Part shown: piece after piece, positions 19,747 through 30,923 of the stretch
How positions within the stretch are numbered: position 1 is the first letter of the stretch
Layout of the letters: each line of letters opens with the position of its first letter
Origin: Comamonas sp. lk
GTDB lineage: Bacteria > Pseudomonadota > Gammaproteobacteria > Burkholderiales > Burkholderiaceae_C
Assembly (NCBI GenBank): GCA_945925985.1
Contig: CAMELV010000009.1
Span: 2,569 to 66,568, forward strand
Direction of reading: 5' to 3'
DNA: 64,000 nt
Made by a program: the position numbers and the translations under genes
The notes under the pieces: generated by a model
Database searches by the model: none
What the model was told of the DNA's origin: nothing
What the model saw: the letters and a program-made list of their open reading frames with translations, nothing else

Positions 19747-19774
19747 ATTATAACTTTTAACGTTAATATTTCAA
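19747..19774 (-). promoter_or_regulatory. Near-consensus sigma70-type promoter directly abutting the ATPase start
   Basis: On the minus strand: TTGAAA (19774-19769), a 16-nt spacer containing TTAACGTTAA, then TATAAT (19752-19747). The ATG lies only 7 nt further on. Confidence 0.4.
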
Positions 19775-19929
19775 TATTAAAAGTCTTTGGCCTGACTGCT
19801 GAACACGCGCAGCGCCCAGGCGCAGGGTGGCCGGGCTCCCCAGGGCTGGGCAGCGCTGGCGTGGTGCCAAAGCGCCTGGATTGCGGTTGCTCGGCCTACA
19901 GCGCCGCTGTGGTACGGCAAAATGGGCTC

Positions 19930-21654
19930 ATGAGCACTGAATTTGACTACATCATCGTCGGGGCCGGTACCGCCGGCTGCCTGCTGGCCAACCGCCTGTC
20001 GGCTGACGCCAGCAAGCGGGTCCTGCTGATCGAGGCTGGTCGCCGCGACGACTACCACTGGATCCACATTCCGGTCGGTTACCTGTACTGCATCGGCAAC
20101 CCGCGCACCGACTGGCTGTACCAGACCGAGGCCCAGCCCGGCCTGAACGGCCGCGCCCTGCGCTACCCGCGCGGCAAGACGCTGGGCGGCTGCAGCAGCA
20201 TCAACGGCATGATTTACATGCGCGGCCAGTCGCGTGATTACGACCAATGGGCGGCCCTCACTGGCGACCCCACTTGGGGCTGGGACCAATCCCTGCCGTA
20301 TTTCAAGCTGCACGAGGACCATTACGCTGGCGCTACGCCGTCGCATGGCGCGCGCGGCACGACCCCCGAGCTGATGCAAGACGACAGCACGCCCTACCGC
20401 AAGCTGCTGCGTGGCCGCAAGGCCGGTGGCGAGTGGCGTATCGAGCAGCCGCGCGTGCGCTGGGACATTCTGGATGCCTTTTCCCAGGCGGCGCAGCAGG
20501 CTGGTGTCCCCGCCACCACCGATTTCAACCGCGGCAACAACGAGGGCGTCTCGTACTTTGAGGTCAATCAGAAATCGGGCTGGCGCTGGAATACAGCCAA
20601 GGCCTTCTTGCGCCCCACCTGCTACGCCCGGTCTAATTTTGAGATGTGGACCTCGGCCCAGGTGGCGTCGCTGGTGCTGGAAACGCTGCCCGATGGCCGC
20701 CTGCGTTGCACTGGCGTGACCGTCCATGGTGGCGACCAGATCGTCACCGCCACGGCTCGGGCCGAGGTGATTCTGAGTGCCGGCAGTATTGGCTCACCAC
20801 AGCTGCTGCAGCTGTCGGGCATTGGCCCCGGGGCCTTGTTGCAGCAGCATGGCATCGCGGTGCGGCACGACGCACCGGGTGTGGGCGCCAACCTGCAAGA
20901 CCACCTTCAGATTCGCTCCGTGTTCACGGTCAGTGGCGTCAAGACCCTCAACACCCAGGCCAACTCCCTATGGGGCAAGGCCATGATCGGACTGGAATAC
21001 GCGCTTAAACGCACCGGCCCGATGAGCATGGCGCCGTCGCAGCTCGGCGCCTTCACCCGCAGTGACCCGGCCCAGCCCTGGCCCAACATCCAGTACCACG
21101 TGCAACCGCTCAGCCTGGACGCCTTTGGCGAGCCGCTGCACGGCTTTAATGCCTTCACCGCCAGCGTCTGCAACCTCAACCCCACCAGCCGCGGCACGGT
21201 CCAGATCAAGAGCCCGCGTTTTGAGGTGGCACCCTTGATCTCGCCCAACTACCTTAGTACCGACGCCGACCGGCAGGTGGCTGCCGATTCCTTGCGGGTG
21301 ACGCGGCGCATCGTGGCCCAGCCGGCGCTGGCGCGCTATGCGCCGCAAGAGTTCAAGCCGGGCGTCCAGTTTCAGACCGACGCCGACCTGGCACGCCTCG
21401 CCGGTGACATCGCCACCACCATTTTTCACCCGGTGGGCACCACCAAGATGGGGCGGGAAGATGACCCGATGGCGGTGGTGGATGCGCGGCTGCGGGTGCG
21501 CGGCCCTGGCGGGCTGGTGGCGGGCCTGCGCGTGGTGGACGCCGGCGTGATGCCGGTGATCACCAGCGGCAACACCAATTCGCCCACCCTGATGGTGGCC
21601 GAGAAGGCGGCCCAGTGGATCTTTGAAGACGCGGTTCGCGCGCGTGCAGGGTAA
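19930..21654 (+). CDS. GMC family oxidoreductase (choline dehydrogenase-like)
   Basis: The N-terminal FAD fold reads FDYIIVGAGTAGCLLANRLS. The overall GMC pattern follows. Confidence 0.85.
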   Translation: MSTEFDYIIVGAGTAGCLLANRLSADASKRVLLIEAGRRDDYHWIHIPVGYLYCIGNPRTDWLYQTEAQPGLNGRALRYPRGKTLGGCSSINGMIYMRGQSRDYDQWAALTGDPTWGWDQSLPYFKLHEDHYAGATPSHGARGTTPELMQDDSTPYRKLLRGRKAGGEWRIEQPRVRWDILDAFSQAAQQAGVPATTDFNRGNNEGVSYFEVNQKSGWRWNTAKAFLRPTCYARSNFEMWTSAQVASLVLETLPDGRLRCTGVTVHGGDQIVTATARAEVILSAGSIGSPQLLQLSGIGPGALLQQHGIAVRHDAPGVGANLQDHLQIRSVFTVSGVKTLNTQANSLWGKAMIGLEYALKRTGPMSMAPSQLGAFTRSDPAQPWPNIQYHVQPLSLDAFGEPLHGFNAFTASVCNLNPTSRGTVQIKSPRFEVAPLISPNYLSTDADRQVAADSLRVTRRIVAQPALARYAPQEFKPGVQFQTDADLARLAGDIATTIFHPVGTTKMGREDDPMAVVDARLRVRGPGGLVAGLRVVDAGVMPVITSGNTNSPTLMVAEKAAQWIFEDAVRARAG

Positions 21655-21812
21655 ATCCCCAGAGGGTAAGTCCTGATGTTGCCGACGCGCCATTGACTTA
21701 GAGTCAACCCAACTCACCAGGGGCCACAAGGCCCACCAAAGGCGAGGGCCCCAGGAGACACGCCGGCCGGCACTCACCCAGTGCACCGCGGCACCACAGC
21801 CAACGCGCTCAG

Positions 21813-21846
21813 AAAAACACCGGCAACCCCGGTGTTTTTTTGTTTT
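21813..21846 (+). terminator. Rho-independent terminator (A-run/T-run flanked, possibly bidirectional)
   Basis: AAAAACACCGG caacc CCGGTGTTTTTTT. Confidence 0.6.
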
Positions 21847-21928
21847 GTGCGCCCTTAACGCCACCGGCCTGAAGGCTGGTTGACAGGGCGCATGCAGTAC
21901 TCCCTTGAACAGTGGGAGAATGCTGGCT

Positions 21929-22966
21929 ATGACAAGCAGTTCTTCGAGATACCGGGAGTCCAAAGAGAAGAGCGCCGAAATCATGCGGCAGGTGGTGGCC
22001 ATGATGGGTCAGCACGACGCTGCGTTTAACCCGGTGAATTTTGCAGTCTGGTACGAGCATTTGGCCGGTATCAACAGCCGATTGACGAAGGCGCTGGTCA
22101 AGGCGCAGCAGACCGAACCCCGTTTGTCCTACGCCACCATGGCCCGATTGCACCAGGAATGTGTGGCGGAGCCGGATGCCGAGTCCATGCATCAGGTCAG
22201 TCTGCAGCTACAAAAGGTGATGACGGGCGTGTGGGGCAGCGCCTCGCGGGCCGGTGAGCAAGCTGGCGCCTATGAGGGTCAGTTAAAAGAACTGGTTCTT
22301 GAGATCAATAGCGATGCCGCCCTGGCGGTGCGGCCGCTGATCACCCGTATTCTGGATGAAACCACCCAAATGGGCCTGACAGCGCGGCAGTTGTCCAGCG
22401 AGGTGACGCGGTGCAGGTTGGAAATCGACCGCCTGTCCAAAGAGCTGACGCGGGCGCTCGATGAAGCTCTGATTGACCCGCTCACAGGCATTCTGAACCG
22501 CAAAGGCTTTGACCAAAGCCTGGCCGCCATGCTGGAGGTCTCGCCCAAGGCTGGGGGCTCACACTGCATGATCCTGTTTGATATTGACCTGTTCAAGAAG
22601 GTCAACGACCTGTATGGCCACGTGATGGGCGATCGGGTGATTCAGGCTGTGGGCGACACACTGACGGCCTGTGCAGCCCACTTGGCGTCCCATTCTGTGG
22701 CCCGGTATGGGGGCGAAGAATTTGTCATTCTGTTGCCCGATTGCACGCTCGAGTTGGCCAACCAGGTGGCAGAAACGGTTCGGCAACGCACCAAATCTAT
22801 CAAAATTCGCGATCGTCGCTCAAACAGCGTTGCGGTGTCCATCACCATCTCGGGCGGTGTGGCCTCTCTCAGGCTGGGCGACCAGGCAAAGGCCCTTATC
22901 GAGCGCGCTGATCGGGCGCTTTACCAGTCCAAATTGGCCGGACGCGACCGTATCACGGCTTGTTAG
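21929..22966 (+). CDS. Diguanylate cyclase (GGDEF domain protein)
   Basis: Motifs DPLTGILNRKGF, FDIDLFKKVNDLYGH and RYGGEEF are present. The ATG at 21929 is 9 nt after GGAGA; 21905 and 21920 are alternative starts. Confidence 0.8.
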   Translation: MTSSSSRYRESKEKSAEIMRQVVAMMGQHDAAFNPVNFAVWYEHLAGINSRLTKALVKAQQTEPRLSYATMARLHQECVAEPDAESMHQVSLQLQKVMTGVWGSASRAGEQAGAYEGQLKELVLEINSDAALAVRPLITRILDETTQMGLTARQLSSEVTRCRLEIDRLSKELTRALDEALIDPLTGILNRKGFDQSLAAMLEVSPKAGGSHCMILFDIDLFKKVNDLYGHVMGDRVIQAVGDTLTACAAHLASHSVARYGGEEFVILLPDCTLELANQVAETVRQRTKSIKIRDRRSNSVAVSITISGGVASLRLGDQAKALIERADRALYQSKLAGRDRITAC

Positions 22967-24923
22967 AGTTCGGCGCTGACCCAGCCGCAGGCCAGGCCAG
23001 GTCGCTCACGCTCCGGGCTTTACCCAAGGGGGCCGTGCCTTGCGCCTTTTGGACGGCCGCAATGTCTTCCACGCTGGGGTAACGGCCCGTCAACCAGTAA
23101 TCGAACACGCGGCGTGCAATTGGCGCGGCGTTCTGGGAGCCAAAGCCGGCGTTTTCAACGACCAAGGCCAGCGCGATCGTCGGCGCCTCGGCTGGCGCAA
23201 ACGCCATGTACAAGGCGTGGTCACGCAGTCGCTCATCGATGCGGGAGGCGACGTATTTTTCGCCTTGCTTGATCTGGAACACCTGGCTGGTGCCGGTCTT
23301 GCCGGCACTGGTGTAGTCAGCGCCGATAAAGCTGGACGCCGAGGTGCCCTCGATAGTGACGCCTACCAGGGCATCCCTGATCACGGCAATGTTTTCGGGC
23401 CTGGCCACCGTTTGCCCCATGGCCTCCTGGGTGGTTGGCCGTGGGCTGCGGGTTAGCACATCAACCACCTGGCGCACTAGGTGTGGCTTCATCTTGACCC
23501 CGTTGTTGGCCAGGGTTGCGGTGGCAGACGCCAGCTGCAGCATGGTGAAGTTGTTGTAGCCCTGGCCAATGCCCAGCGAGATGGTCTCGCCGGCGTACCA
23601 CTTTCGCTGGTCGGCCCGCTTGTAGGCGCGCCGCTTCCAGTCGGTCGAGGGCAGCAGGCCACGCACTTCCCCCAGGATATCGATGCCAGTCAGTTCGCCA
23701 AAGCCAAAACGCTGCATCTGATCATGAATGACGTCGACCCCCATGTCATTGGCCAAGACGTAGTAATAGGTGTCACACGACTGGACGATCGAGCGGTACA
23801 TATCGACCATGCCGTGGCCGCCCTCCTTGTCGTCCCGGAAGCGGTGGTTGCCGAACATGAAAAACCCCGGGTCGGCAATGGATTGCTCGGGTCGGCGCGC
23901 GCCGGTCTCCAAAGCGGCCAGCGCCATGAAGGGCTTGTAGGTGGAGCCCGGCGGGTAGGTGCCGCGCAGTGCGCGATTGAGCAGCGGTTTGTCGGGTGAC
24001 TCGTTCAGGGCCTGCCAGCTCTCGCTGTCAATGCCTTCAACGAACAGGTTGGGGTCAAAGGTGGGTTTGCTGACAAAGGCCAGGATCTCCCCGGTTTTGG
24101 GGTCTAGGGCGACCAGAGCGCCTCGGCGTGGCCCATACAGTTCCTCCACCAACTGTTGTAACTTGATGTCAATCGACAGCTGCACCGTATTGCCTGGCGT
24201 GGCCGGCTGGCTGGCGAGCTTGCGGGTGGCGCGACCGCCAGCGGAGGTTTCGACCGAATCGACCCCGGTGATGCCATGCAACTCGGCCTCGAAACTCTGT
24301 TCGATGCCGAGTTTGCCGATGTATTCCGTGCCCCGGTAGTTGGCCGGGTCGTCCGACTCCTCGAGTTTCTCTTTCTCGGCGGTGTTGATCCGTCCGATGT
24401 AGCCGATCACGTGGCTGGCGAGTTCGCCGTAGGGGTAATTGCGGAATAGCCGGGCCTTGATGTCGACCCCTGTAAAACGGTAGCGCTGTGCGGCAAAGCG
24501 GGCGACCTCTTCATCGCTCAGTCGGGTGCGAAGGGGCAGTGACTCAAAGCTTTTGGACTCATCCATCAGCTTGCGAAACCTGCGGCGGTCGCGCGGTGTG
24601 ATGTCCACCACCTCGGCCAGTTGGTCGATAGTCTGCTCCAGGTTGCTCACCTTGGAGGGTGTCACTTCGAGCGTGTAGGCCGAGTAGTTGGTGGCCAGCA
24701 CAATTCCCTCACGGTCCAGGATCAGGCCCCGGTTGGGCAGCACCGGAATGATGGCAGTTCGGTTGTTTTCGGCCTGCTCCAGCAGATCCTCATGCCGGAC
24801 GACCTGTAAATAGGCCAGCCGCAGGGTCAGCAGCGCCAAGCAGACCAGAACGGCCAAGGTGGCGACCAGCACCCGGTCGCGAAAGCGACTCAGGTCGGCC
24901 TCGACGTTGCGCAGCTCAGTCAT
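22953..24923 (-). CDS. mrdA: Penicillin-binding protein 2 (peptidoglycan D,D-transpeptidase)
   Basis: PBP2 pattern with STYKP and a downstream KTGT motif. It is located directly after mreBCD. Confidence 0.9.
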   Translation of the reverse strand: MTELRNVEADLSRFRDRVLVATLAVLVCLALLTLRLAYLQVVRHEDLLEQAENNRTAIIPVLPNRGLILDREGIVLATNYSAYTLEVTPSKVSNLEQTIDQLAEVVDITPRDRRRFRKLMDESKSFESLPLRTRLSDEEVARFAAQRYRFTGVDIKARLFRNYPYGELASHVIGYIGRINTAEKEKLEESDDPANYRGTEYIGKLGIEQSFEAELHGITGVDSVETSAGGRATRKLASQPATPGNTVQLSIDIKLQQLVEELYGPRRGALVALDPKTGEILAFVSKPTFDPNLFVEGIDSESWQALNESPDKPLLNRALRGTYPPGSTYKPFMALAALETGARRPEQSIADPGFFMFGNHRFRDDKEGGHGMVDMYRSIVQSCDTYYYVLANDMGVDVIHDQMQRFGFGELTGIDILGEVRGLLPSTDWKRRAYKRADQRKWYAGETISLGIGQGYNNFTMLQLASATATLANNGVKMKPHLVRQVVDVLTRSPRPTTQEAMGQTVARPENIAVIRDALVGVTIEGTSASSFIGADYTSAGKTGTSQVFQIKQGEKYVASRIDERLRDHALYMAFAPAEAPTIALALVVENAGFGSQNAAPIARRVFDYWLTGRYPSVEDIAAVQKAQGTAPLGKARSVSDLAWPAAGSAPNSNKP

Positions 24924-24949
24924 GGTGGTGGGCGTCTCGGTGGGGCAGG

Positions 24950-25480
24950 CTAGAGCGGTCGGTGTGCGTCAGGGTCTGGGGCCCGGCGCTGCGGCAGCAG
25001 CAGCAGCACGCTGACCAGTGGCCACAGCAGCGCCTCCAGCAACGGCGCCAGCAGGACCGCCAGCCCCGGAAAGGTACCGCCCGCCGCCAAGCGCACGCTC
25101 AGCTCCAGGGCATGCGCCAGCAAGAACAGCGGCAGGATCTGAAGGGCTTGCGACGGCACGGTGAACCAGGGCAGCCGCCGCTGCAGCGCAATGGCAAGAA
25201 AGCCCATGGCGGTGTAGGCCAGGGCGTGCTGGCCCAGAATCGTGCCCTGGTGCACGTCCAGCAGCAGGCCAAACAGGAATGCCGAGCCCATGCCGACCCG
25301 GTGCGGTTGGTGCAAGATCCAGAACACCACCACCAGGGCCAGCACATCCGGGACCCAGGCCGCCCGGCCCCAGAGGCCCATATTGAGCAACATATTCAGG
25401 CTCAGGGCGGCCATCAGGGTGCCCCAAATGAACAGGGGTTGGGCTGGCAGCAGCAGCTGCTGGCCAGGGCGCATGATCAT
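24950..25480 (-). CDS. mreD: Rod shape-determining protein MreD
   Basis: Small multi-span membrane protein located between mreC and mrdA. Confidence 0.8.
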   Translation of the reverse strand: MIMRPGQQLLLPAQPLFIWGTLMAALSLNMLLNMGLWGRAAWVPDVLALVVVFWILHQPHRVGMGSAFLFGLLLDVHQGTILGQHALAYTAMGFLAIALQRRLPWFTVPSQALQILPLFLLAHALELSVRLAAGGTFPGLAVLLAPLLEALLWPLVSVLLLLPQRRAPDPDAHRPL

Positions 25481-26397
25481 TGACGTGCCCCTTTTCTCGG
25501 CAGCACTGTCCCGGTGCGGGCGTCGTCCGGCGGCGGGGTCGGCACCGCCATGGGCGCCAGCACCATCACATGCTCTACCCCACTTACCAGTGCCAGGGGT
25601 TGGCAGCTGATGCGGGCAAAAGCGGTATCTACGCGGCGCTCCACTTTCTCCACCCTTGCCACCTGCAGCCCGGCAGGGTACACCCCGTCCACGCCACTGG
25701 TGCTGAGCAGGTCGCCAACCTGGACATCGGCGTTTGCCGCCATGAAGCGCAGCTCCAGCGCGCCGCCACGCGAGGCGGGGTCTCCAAATGCCAGGCCACG
25801 TGCACCGGTGCGGGTATTGATCACCGAAATGGCCTGGTCCCGGTCGGTCACCAGGGTCACCTCGCTCACCAAGGGGTAGACCCGGGTCACTTGCCCCAGC
25901 ACGCCGGTTTCGTCCAGCACGGGCGAACCACTGGCCACCCCATGGACCAAGCCGCGGTCGATGATTACCTTTCGCGTGTAAGGGTCAGCGGCGTCATACA
26001 GCACCTGGGCCGCCAGTGCCGGTGTACTCAGCCGCTCGCGCAGCCCCAGTAGTTGCCGCAAGCGGCCGTTCTCAATGCTGAGTTGCTCCACTTGCCCTGC
26101 CCGCTGTGACTGTAGGTTCAGTTTCTGATAGGCCGCTGTCAAGGCGGCCTGTGCGGTTTGAAGTGATTCAAAATAGTCATTGCCGTCCCGGGCCCAGACC
26201 ACGGGCCGCATGACCAGCCATTGCAGCGGGTACAGCGCGGTGGCGATGGTCGCCCGCAAAGGCCGCACGACCTGATAGCGCGTGTCAGCCACCATCAAGA
26301 CGATGGCCAACAAACTGAAAAACGCCAGTCGGGTCAGGGCCGAGGGCCCTTGCCTGAAAAAAGGAGGTGGCGTTCTGTTCAGCGTACCGAGAGGCAT
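25477..26397 (-). CDS. mreC: Rod shape-determining protein MreC
   Basis: Position, size and an N-terminal TM segment plus coiled-coil region fit MreC. It overlaps mreD by 4 nt. Confidence 0.85.
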   Translation of the reverse strand: MPLGTLNRTPPPFFRQGPSALTRLAFFSLLAIVLMVADTRYQVVRPLRATIATALYPLQWLVMRPVVWARDGNDYFESLQTAQAALTAAYQKLNLQSQRAGQVEQLSIENGRLRQLLGLRERLSTPALAAQVLYDAADPYTRKVIIDRGLVHGVASGSPVLDETGVLGQVTRVYPLVSEVTLVTDRDQAISVINTRTGARGLAFGDPASRGGALELRFMAANADVQVGDLLSTSGVDGVYPAGLQVARVEKVERRVDTAFARISCQPLALVSGVEHVMVLAPMAVPTPPPDDARTGTVLPRKGARQ

Positions 26398-26412
26398 CGC
26401 CGCAACCGCCTG

Positions 26413-27528
<1,116 letters not shown>

Positions 27529-27659
27529 TTAAGAGGCAAACCCGCGCTTGCGCAGACCCACAACTAAAGGCAGGATAATACTCCATCGCCTTGTGAACGA
27601 AGGGCCTGACCGCCCCAAAATAGGGCGGTTTCATAACCGGTTTCCAACCAAATTTCGCC

Positions 27660-27959
27660 ATGTCCCTCACCCCTTCTGACATTGCCCGTATTGCCAACTT
27701 GGCGCGGCTGGAACTCCAGCCGGCCGAGAGCGCGCGCATGCTGACCCAGATCAATGGTTTTTTTGGTCTGGTGGAAACCATGCGCTCAGTCGACACCACC
27801 GGCATCGAGCCGCTGGCGCACCCCTTTGCTATCGTGCAGGACGTGACCCTGCGCCTGCGTGACGACCAGGCCAGCGAAACTAACCAGCGCCAAGCCAACC
27901 AGCGGAGTGCCCCGGCTGTGGAAAACGGCCTGTTTCTGGTGCCGAAAGTGATCGAGTAA
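27660..27959 (+). CDS. gatC: Asp/Glu-tRNA amidotransferase subunit C
   Basis: [19 protein letters not shown] and the position before gatA fit GatC. Confidence 0.9.
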   Translation: MSLTPSDIARIANLARLELQPAESARMLTQINGFFGLVETMRSVDTTGIEPLAHPFAIVQDVTLRLRDDQASETNQRQANQRSAPAVENGLFLVPKVIE

Positions 27960-27962
27960 GCC

Positions 27963-29444
27963 ATGAGTGACCTGCACAACCTCGGTGTTGCCGCTTTGGC
28001 CGCGCTGCTTCAAAAGAAAGAGCTGAGCGCTGTGGAATTGGCCACCCGGCTGCTCGCCCGACTGGGCGGCAACCCCCACCAAGCCTTCTTAAATGTGGAC
28101 TCAGAGGTGACATTGGCACAAGCCAAGTCGGCAGACGCGCGCATTGCGGCGGGCGAGCGCTCGGCTTTGCTGGGCGTCCCGATAGCGCACAAAGACATCT
28201 TTGTGACCAAAGACTTCCCCACAACTGCGGGTTCGCGCATGCTGGAGGGCTACCGTTCGCCCTTCAACGCCACGGTGGTGCAGCGCTTGGCTGACGCCGG
28301 TATGGTGAGTTTAGGCAAACTCAGCTGCGATGAATTTGCCATGGGCTCGGCCAATGAAAACGTGGCGGTACCCTCGGCCAAACCGCAGGCGGTGACCAAC
28401 CCTTGGGACACCAGCCGCGTGCCTGGCGGCTCGTCGGGCGGCAGCGCCGCTGCGGTGGCCGCCCGCCTGACGCCGGCGGCCACTGGCACCGACACCGGCG
28501 GCTCGATTCGGCAGCCGGCGGCGTTTTGCGGCATCACCGGCATCAAGCCCACCTACGGCCGGGCCTCGCGCTACGGTATGGTGGCTTTTGCCTCCAGCTT
28601 GGACCAGGCAGGCCCGATGGCGCGCAGCGCCGAGGACTGCGCCCTGCTGCTGAGTGCCATGTGCGGCCCCGACTTGGACCGCGACTCCACTTCGCTCGAC
28701 GTGCCGGCCGAAGATTTCAGCAGGTCGCTGTCAGATTCGATCGCCGGGCTGCGCATCGGTGTGCCGCAGGAGTTTTTTGGCGAGGGCCTGGCGCCTGACG
28801 TGCGCGCGGCGGTAGATGCGGCGCTGGCCCAATACCAGAAACTGGGCGCCACGCTGGTGCCGATCACTCTGCCGCGCACTGAGTTGTCCATCCCGGTCTA
28901 CTACATCATCGCCCCGGCCGAGGCCAGCTCCAACCTGAGCCGCTTTGACGGTGTCAAGTTCGGCCACCGGGCCGCCCAGCATGGCGACCTGACTGACATG
29001 TACAAAAAGACCCGTGCCGAGGGCTTTGGCGACGAGGTCAAGCGCCGCATCATGATCGGCGCCTATGTGCTGTCGCACGGCTATTACGACGCCTACTACC
29101 TGCAGGCCCAAAAAATCCGCCGCATGATTGCCGACGACTTTCAGCAGGCCTTTGGCCAGTGCGACGTCATTGCCGGCCCGGTGGCGCCCACCGTGGCCTG
29201 GAAGCTCGGCGAAAAAAGCGACGATCCGGTTGCCAATTACCTGGCCGACATCTTCACCCTGCCGGCCTCGTTGGCCGGCTTGCCAGGCCTGAGTCTGCCC
29301 GTGGGCTTTGGCGCGGCGGGTATGCCGGTGGGCCTGCAGCTGATCGGCAATTACCTGCAAGAGGCACGCCTGCTCAATGTGGCGCACCGCTACCAGCAGG
29401 CCACCGACTGGCACACCCGCCAGCCAGAGGGGCAATCAGCATGA
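27963..29444 (+). CDS. gatA: Asp/Glu-tRNA amidotransferase subunit A
   Basis: The amidase signature is [12 protein letters not shown]...[12 protein letters not shown]. Confidence 0.95.
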   Translation: MSDLHNLGVAALAALLQKKELSAVELATRLLARLGGNPHQAFLNVDSEVTLAQAKSADARIAAGERSALLGVPIAHKDIFVTKDFPTTAGSRMLEGYRSPFNATVVQRLADAGMVSLGKLSCDEFAMGSANENVAVPSAKPQAVTNPWDTSRVPGGSSGGSAAAVAARLTPAATGTDTGGSIRQPAAFCGITGIKPTYGRASRYGMVAFASSLDQAGPMARSAEDCALLLSAMCGPDLDRDSTSLDVPAEDFSRSLSDSIAGLRIGVPQEFFGEGLAPDVRAAVDAALAQYQKLGATLVPITLPRTELSIPVYYIIAPAEASSNLSRFDGVKFGHRAAQHGDLTDMYKKTRAEGFGDEVKRRIMIGAYVLSHGYYDAYYLQAQKIRRMIADDFQQAFGQCDVIAGPVAPTVAWKLGEKSDDPVANYLADIFTLPASLAGLPGLSLPVGFGAAGMPVGLQLIGNYLQEARLLNVAHRYQQATDWHTRQPEGQSA

Positions 29445-30922
29445 CGACCCAGACCAACAAACCAACCCCCGCCGCCAACGCGACGCTGCTGGTGCGCGGC
29501 TACGAGGTGGTGATCGGCTTCGAGACCCACGCCCAGCTCTCCACCCAGAGCAAGATTTTCAGCCGCGCCGCCACCGCCTTCGGCGCCGAGCCCAACACCC
29601 AGGCCTGCGCCGTGGACCTGGCCCTTCCAGGCACGCTGCCGGTGATGAACCGGGGCGCGGTGCAGCGCGCCATCGAGTTCGGGCTGGCGATTGGCGCTCA
29701 CATTGCGCCGCGCAGCATTTTTGCGCGCAAAAACTACTTTTACCCTGACCTGCCCAAGGGTTACCAGATCAGCCAGTTCGAGATCCCGGTGGTGCAGGGC
29801 GGCGCGGTCGAGTTTTACCTGGGCGACGAGAAAAAGTCAGTGCGGCTGGTGCGCGCCCACCTGGAAGAAGACGCTGGTAAATCGCTGCACGAAGACTTCG
29901 TTGGTCAGACCGGTATCGACCTGAACCGCGCCGGCACGCCGCTGCTGGAGATCGTGACCGAGCCCGACATGCGCTCCAGCGCCGAGGCCGTGGCCTACGC
30001 CAAAGAGCTGCACAAGATCGTGACCTGGATCGGCATTTGCGACGGCAACATGCAGGAGGGCAGCTTCCGCTGCGACGCCAACGTGTCGGTGCGCAAGCCC
30101 GGCGCGGCGCTGGGCACCCGGCGCGAAATCAAGAACCTGAACAGCTTTCGCTTCATGCAGCAGGCCATCGACTACGAGGTGCGCTGGCAGATCGAGCAGA
30201 TCGAAGACGGCCACGCCATCCAGCAGGCCACCGTGCTGTTCAACCCCGACACCGGCGAGACCCGCGCCATGCGCAGCAAGGAAGACGCGGCCGACTACCG
30301 CTACTTCCCAGACCCCGACCTGCCGCCCTTGGTGATCGCCCCGGCCTGGGTGGACCAGGTGCGTGCCGGCATGACCGAGCTTCCGCGCGTGATGGCGCAG
30401 CGTTTTGCCGGCCAGTACGGTTTGTCAGACTATGACGCCACAGCCCTGACCCAGAGCCGGTCAGTTGCTACTTATTTTGAAGCAGTGGCGCAGGCCTGCG
30501 GTCAGCCCAAGTTGGCCGGCAACTGGATCACCGGCGAACTGGCGCGACGTCTCAATGCCGCCGACCTGTCCATCGAGCAGGCCCCGGTCAGGGCTGAGCA
30601 ACTGGGCGCGCTGATCACCCGCATTCAGGACGGCACCGTGTCCAACAACGCCGCGCGGCAGGTGTTTGACGCGCTGTGGAGCGGCGAAGGCACACAGGTG
30701 GATGCGCTGATCGAAGCCAAAGGCCTGCGCCAACTCAACGACAGCAGCGCGCTGGAAGACATTGTCGACATGGTGATTGCCGCCAACGCCAAAAACGTGG
30801 CCGAGTACCGCGCCGGTAACGCCAAGGCGCTGAATGCGCTGGTGGGGCAGATCATGAAGGGCAGCGCCGGCAAAGCCAACCCGCAGCAGGTGAACGAGTT
30901 GCTCAAGGCCAAGCTGTGCTGA
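29441..30922 (+). CDS. gatB: Asp/Glu-tRNA amidotransferase subunit B
   Basis: [13 protein letters not shown] is the GatB N-terminal pattern. The ATG at 29441 overlaps the gatA stop (ATGA). The ORF-track extension back to 29159 overlaps gatA and was discarded. Confidence 0.95.
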   Translation: MTTQTNKPTPAANATLLVRGYEVVIGFETHAQLSTQSKIFSRAATAFGAEPNTQACAVDLALPGTLPVMNRGAVQRAIEFGLAIGAHIAPRSIFARKNYFYPDLPKGYQISQFEIPVVQGGAVEFYLGDEKKSVRLVRAHLEEDAGKSLHEDFVGQTGIDLNRAGTPLLEIVTEPDMRSSAEAVAYAKELHKIVTWIGICDGNMQEGSFRCDANVSVRKPGAALGTRREIKNLNSFRFMQQAIDYEVRWQIEQIEDGHAIQQATVLFNPDTGETRAMRSKEDAADYRYFPDPDLPPLVIAPAWVDQVRAGMTELPRVMAQRFAGQYGLSDYDATALTQSRSVATYFEAVAQACGQPKLAGNWITGELARRLNAADLSIEQAPVRAEQLGALITRIQDGTVSNNAARQVFDALWSGEGTQVDALIEAKGLRQLNDSSALEDIVDMVIAANAKNVAEYRAGNAKALNALVGQIMKGSAGKANPQQVNELLKAKLC

Positions 30923-30923
30923 T

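Noticed and set aside
27540-27659. A hairpin ACCGCCC-caaaata-GGGCGGT upstream of gatC, considered as a possible attenuator.
   Set aside because: The stem is short and has no T-tract. It is plausibly just part of the mreB/gatC divergent promoter region.
29159-29440. The ORF-track N-terminal extension of gatB. Analogous long extensions exist for 15006..15155, 57184..57504 (radA), 10427..10567, 19861..19929 and 34598..35260.
   Set aside because: The extensions overlap upstream genes or have atypical composition. Family-typical N-termini, often with an SD, begin at the internal start codons used in the feature list.
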